A DNA stretch of 64,000 nt from Antedon mediterranea (taxonomy: Eukaryota; Animalia; Echinodermata). This document shows, one piece after another, positions 60,287-64,000 of this stretch. The position numbers and the translations under genes were made by a program. The notes beneath the pieces were generated by a model that saw only the letters and a program-made list of their open reading frames with translations, was not told where the DNA came from and did not search any database. The first letter of the stretch is position 1. Every line of letters begins with the position of its first letter. The DNA lies in the NCBI RefSeq assembly GCF_964355755.1, contig NC_092676.1:3387888-3451887 (forward strand). The letters are read 5' to 3'.

Positions 60287-60922
60287 AAAAAGTCTCTGAC
60301 AAAATAATTATTGAGGGCGTTCTTTATTGTTATTATTTTTGTCTAGCGATGATATGGCGGCGAATGTTAAGTTACAGATTATTATCTTCCTTTATAGCAT
60401 ATTTATGCAATACATGCTATGTACAGTATATTGTGCATATATTATACAGGTATAGCAATTAATTTGCCGTCATCGGCAATCTGTAAAACACCTTAGAAGG
60501 CTGTATAGGCCTACAATTTACAAGGCGACGAAAGGTCAGGCACCAACAAACAAAGAGCTAATGGCCTAGCCTAGCGGCCTATATAGATTATGCTACAAAT
60601 TTCTTCTTGTCCCCTTATTTTAAGCAGCTCTCTTATCTCATTATCCCTCCAGTTCGACATTGTTATTGTTAATTGAATTGAATAGGCGCCAAAGTGATAC
60701 ACTTGACTGCGCAAGGTGTCAAAGCCTCGACGGGGAACCCTGGAATATAACGGCAATACGTTCTCACAGAATGCCCGTCTGGCATTGCGGGGAATATCCC
60801 TAGAATATTACTAGGTCTAAAGCAGGTCATGTTGATGATGCCAAGACCAAGAAAACCATACCGGCATGGTAATGGTATATTCCCGCAATATTCCTGGCAC
60901 ACAACTCTGTGAGAAAGGGGCT

Positions 60923-61125
60923 TAAATGGATTAGTACGATTAAAAACCGTAAACTCTGTTATCTAAATGGATTAGTACGATTAAATCTGTAAACTCTGTT
61001 ATATAAATGGATTAGTACGATTAACCAAGTAAACTCTATTATCTAAATGGATTAGTACGATTAAAAACAGTAAACTCTGTTATCTAAATGGATTAGTACG
61101 ATTAAACCAGTAAATTCTGTTATTC
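60923..61125 (+). repeat. 40-bp minisatellite, right part (~5 copies)
   Basis: Continuation of the 55206 array after the transposon. Confidence 0.9.
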
Positions 61126-62884
61126 TAAACAAGAACACTTGGAACACTAAGATATAAAAACACACTGAATGTTTATATAAAAAGGAAATTGTATGGTTTT
61201 CTATAATCATTTAATAATGAATGTATAATAATAAGTAACATTTGCTGTTGTTCTGTCACATTTTTATTTTGAAATAATAATATTTGCTGCGCCATGGGGT
61301 CTGGTTTATATTAACAGTATTCACGTTAGAAGAATAAATCTTTATTATATTAATATTATTATTATTATATAATTATCTAATCTAAAAATCAAATCATTTT
61401 TCAAAACTAGAGAGGAAGGCTTCTTTTAATATTTGTCTCTAAACAACGTTCCGCAGATATACTATAGTATATAGTTTACAGGAAGCAATCAATTGTGAAT
61501 CTAAATGAGGGAAAAGTGAGATTTCTCCAGAATCTAAATTTAATTTGAGCAACACAAAAACAATAAGGAAAAAGAAAGAAGTGTTACGAAATGATTAGCC
61601 CAAGACTTGAAAACAGAGCCTATGATTGATTTATGATTAAGTACCGGTCCAGTCACGTGTTCAGTTTTATACAATCCGGGTTCCAACGAGCACTCCCTAA
61701 ACTTGAGCGAGTTCAATGAGTCAATAGAAATGCTACTGCTTTACTGAATTTTGTATTATTTTCGACGATGATTATTGTTATAGGTATTTTGAAGGTGTTA
61801 CGTTATCTTAAACATGTGCGCATGCGCTATGACATTTATAATGTTTCATCAAGTTAACCATAATTTTAATAATTCCAATATCACAGTGAAGGCATGTCAT
61901 GAGAAATAGTCTTATCGATTTAACTTGAAAAAACCCGACAAAAACCAATTTAGAATTTCAGTATAATAATCCGAAAAATGGATAAAAAGCTAAATAAAAG
62001 AAAACAAATAATAATTGTTGAATATTTATCCACACAAAGTGTGAAGTTGAGTACGAGAAGAATACAATAGATATACTGTTAATACAGTATAGTGAACATA
62101 TCCATTGATGTCTATTTTATCACATTCAATATCAGTAAAACAAGTTTCTCCACGCCCAACAAAAAAGGGGACGAAAACAAAAATATTATGACAGAATGGA
62201 AAACTAGTAAAAACGGTATAAAAAACATCTTAATTTAACCGTTAACACGACAATTGCTACGACAGGAAAGATAAAGTTATGTGGAGTGTTTTAACCAATC
62301 ACAGTCACGAACTACTCAGCATTTACAACTTAAACTCTCACTCACCATACGCCTCCGACTGATAGACGTATATCACGCCCTCTGGAGGAAAAATGACAAT
62401 GTATCAGGAAAGTATTTTTAAAGTATTACATCATTAATGTTGAATATTCAGTGGCGCTATTTCCTGATATTTTATTTCTGCAGTAATCAAGTTTATCACT
62501 GGTGCTGAAGTAGATCATTCCAACTTATATAAAGACAAAATAAAGACACAAGTGCCAACGTTTAATGTTTGACTACGAATACAGGATCTAACCGTATACG
62601 AAGTTATTTAGTATTGGATATAATGTTGGATTGAAGTGTTTATCAATTGAGCAGCATACGTGTGAACAAGCAAACATTATTTAATGTCTAAACATTATTA
62701 CTGGTGTCTTTGAATCGTCGGAATAAGGAATATCATGTATAGGAATATTTGCGTAAATCTCAATTTGATAAGGAAGTTCCAATATTCGGACGTCAGTCGA
62801 GGTGCCTTAGTCAGTATTGTACCATTCCTATTATAACAACGCGTGGGAACATCGACCGTCTTATGATATCTAATATTTACTACA

Positions 62885-64000
62885 ATGTTTATAAAGACTT
62901 ACCATCAACATTGTACATTGCTGTTGTACAAGTGCCTGGTTATATTGTATGGTATACTTCACTGTTGTTGTGCACAATCCTATACTTTTACAAAACAACC
63001 AAAATCTGTTCTTGTTGGACAAGGAAACACAGCATCGTTATCGTGTGAATGGAAACCAGCATTGAATGAAAACCATGTCGTTTACTGGTCAGCATACCCT
63101 CATGTTGATGGGTCGCAAGCAATCGATAGGTCAACTTTAAAGTACAATTTAACAACTATAGCAACATCTGCATATCTTTCCATTTTTAATGTTGATTACA
63201 ACGATGTAGGAAGATACAGGTGTGATATCTCGGAAGGTGGTGATTTATTCAGTCTTTCTGAAGAGGCTTCTGTAGTTCTAGGAGAAATAACGTGCAATCC
63301 AGAGAATGACAATGGTGAGATTGGAACAACGCTGACATGTTCTTATTTTACTTCTTATTATTCACGTGATATTGATTTACTATGGTATGAACACAGGAAA
63401 CAAATTACATCAGAAATGCAACAAAATAAGGCTATAAAATCAAGAGCTTTGACTGTTGAAGACGATGGAGCTGTATTTACTTGTACAGCCACAATTAGAT
63501 CTCAAAATCAAGTGATAGGAACTTGTAAAACTACTCCTCTAATATTGACTATAGCTGCCAAGATTGAACAATCACCGCCAGGTACACTTCAGGTTGGAGA
63601 TAGCTTTAACCTTACCTGCTCAGGGAAAGGTAATCCTGATTATTATAATTATACATGGACGTGGAATAACAAACCGGTAGGATCGTCACCAAATGAAAGA
63701 CGATTTTCAAAAGATAATGTGCTTACTGTGAATAGTGTTTCAAGCGGTGCAAATGGCAAAAAAGTTACTTGTACTATTAGTCGCAGTGGTCGTAACAGCA
63801 GCATAGCAACCTATACAGTGAACGTTACAGAGCAAATGACTACACGTTTGCAGTCGACATCTGGTACACCTACCCGCAACTCAATTACACGTCATCTAAC
63901 AACCAAAGTCCCTGATGACGTGTCCCCAACAGTAATGACAACACGTTTACAGTCGACACCAGGTACACATGCACACAAGCCAATTACGGTCGGACTATCA
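62885..64000 (+). CDS. G15: 3-Ig receptor, partial (runs off the window; absent from the ORF track)
   Basis: Manual translation from ATG 62885 is open for 372 codons: MFIKTYHQHCTLL…SLSCEWKP…DVGRYRCDISEGGDLF…DDGAVFTC…FNLTC…VTCTI…Thr-rich stalk. Confidence 0.88.
   Translation, partial: MFIKTYHQHCTLLLYKCLVILYGILHCCCAQSYTFTKQPKSVLVGQGNTASLSCEWKPALNENHVVYWSAYPHVDGSQAIDRSTLKYNLTTIATSAYLSIFNVDYNDVGRYRCDISEGGDLFSLSEEASVVLGEITCNPENDNGEIGTTLTCSYFTSYYSRDIDLLWYEHRKQITSEMQQNKAIKSRALTVEDDGAVFTCTATIRSQNQVIGTCKTTPLILTIAAKIEQSPPGTLQVGDSFNLTCSGKGNPDYYNYTWTWNNKPVGSSPNERRFSKDNVLTVNSVSSGANGKKVTCTISRSGRNSSIATYTVNVTEQMTTRLQSTSGTPTRNSITRHLTTKVPDDVSPTVMTTRLQSTPGTHAHKPITVGLS

Larger units (their letters stand above)
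55328..60922. mobile_element. PIF/Harbinger-like element (~0.8 kb of own sequence) carrying a nested LINE
   Basis: 17-bp TIR agcccctttctcacaga / tctgtgagaaaggggct; TAA TSD at 55325-55327 and 60923-60925. The minus-strand peptide MSNWRDNEIRELLKIRGQEEI from 60660 resembles the start of a Myb/SANT-like domain. Confidence 0.85.

Noticed and set aside
55328-60922. RAG/Transib-like or RSS-mediated rearrangement system
   Set aside because: TIRs and TWA TSDs are Harbinger-like. I found no consistent heptamer/nonamer signals flanking gene segments, and each gene is already complete.

Overview
AT-rich eukaryotic (animal, probably invertebrate) genomic DNA dominated by a head-to-tail (+ strand) tandem array of about 15 paralogous, apparently intronless immunoglobulin-superfamily receptor genes plus 4 small remnants. 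Architecture: Cys-rich signal peptide, a variable N-terminal V/I-like Ig domain, two C2/I-like Ig domains, a Thr/Ser-rich stalk, one TM helix and a Tyr-motif-rich cytoplasmic tail. Eight copies are complete ORFs, one runs off the window end, five are disrupted and one is 5'-truncated. Sequence diversity concentrates in predicted loops of domain 1. Three tail classes occur (acidic YDYV/YEN, YxxP repeats plus paired ITIM-like motifs, and short YDYI/YEN), and ectodomains and tails are recombined between paralogs. The array shows birth-and-death evolution: gene-conversion tracts, microhomology deletions, a gene-end 40-bp minisatellite and segmental duplications. Many transposons are present: PIF/Harbinger-like and Kolobok-like MITEs, Helentron/DINE-like elements, RTE and CR1/L2 fragments, and an L1/Tx1 LINE nested in a Harbinger element that is itself inserted in a minisatellite. 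The best candidate for a novel system is a single-exon, diversified Ig receptor cluster (immune, allorecognition or self-recognition), with CTCF-like motifs upstream of most copies. Function, organism and novelty cannot be established from sequence alone. Gene labels G0-G15 are my own.
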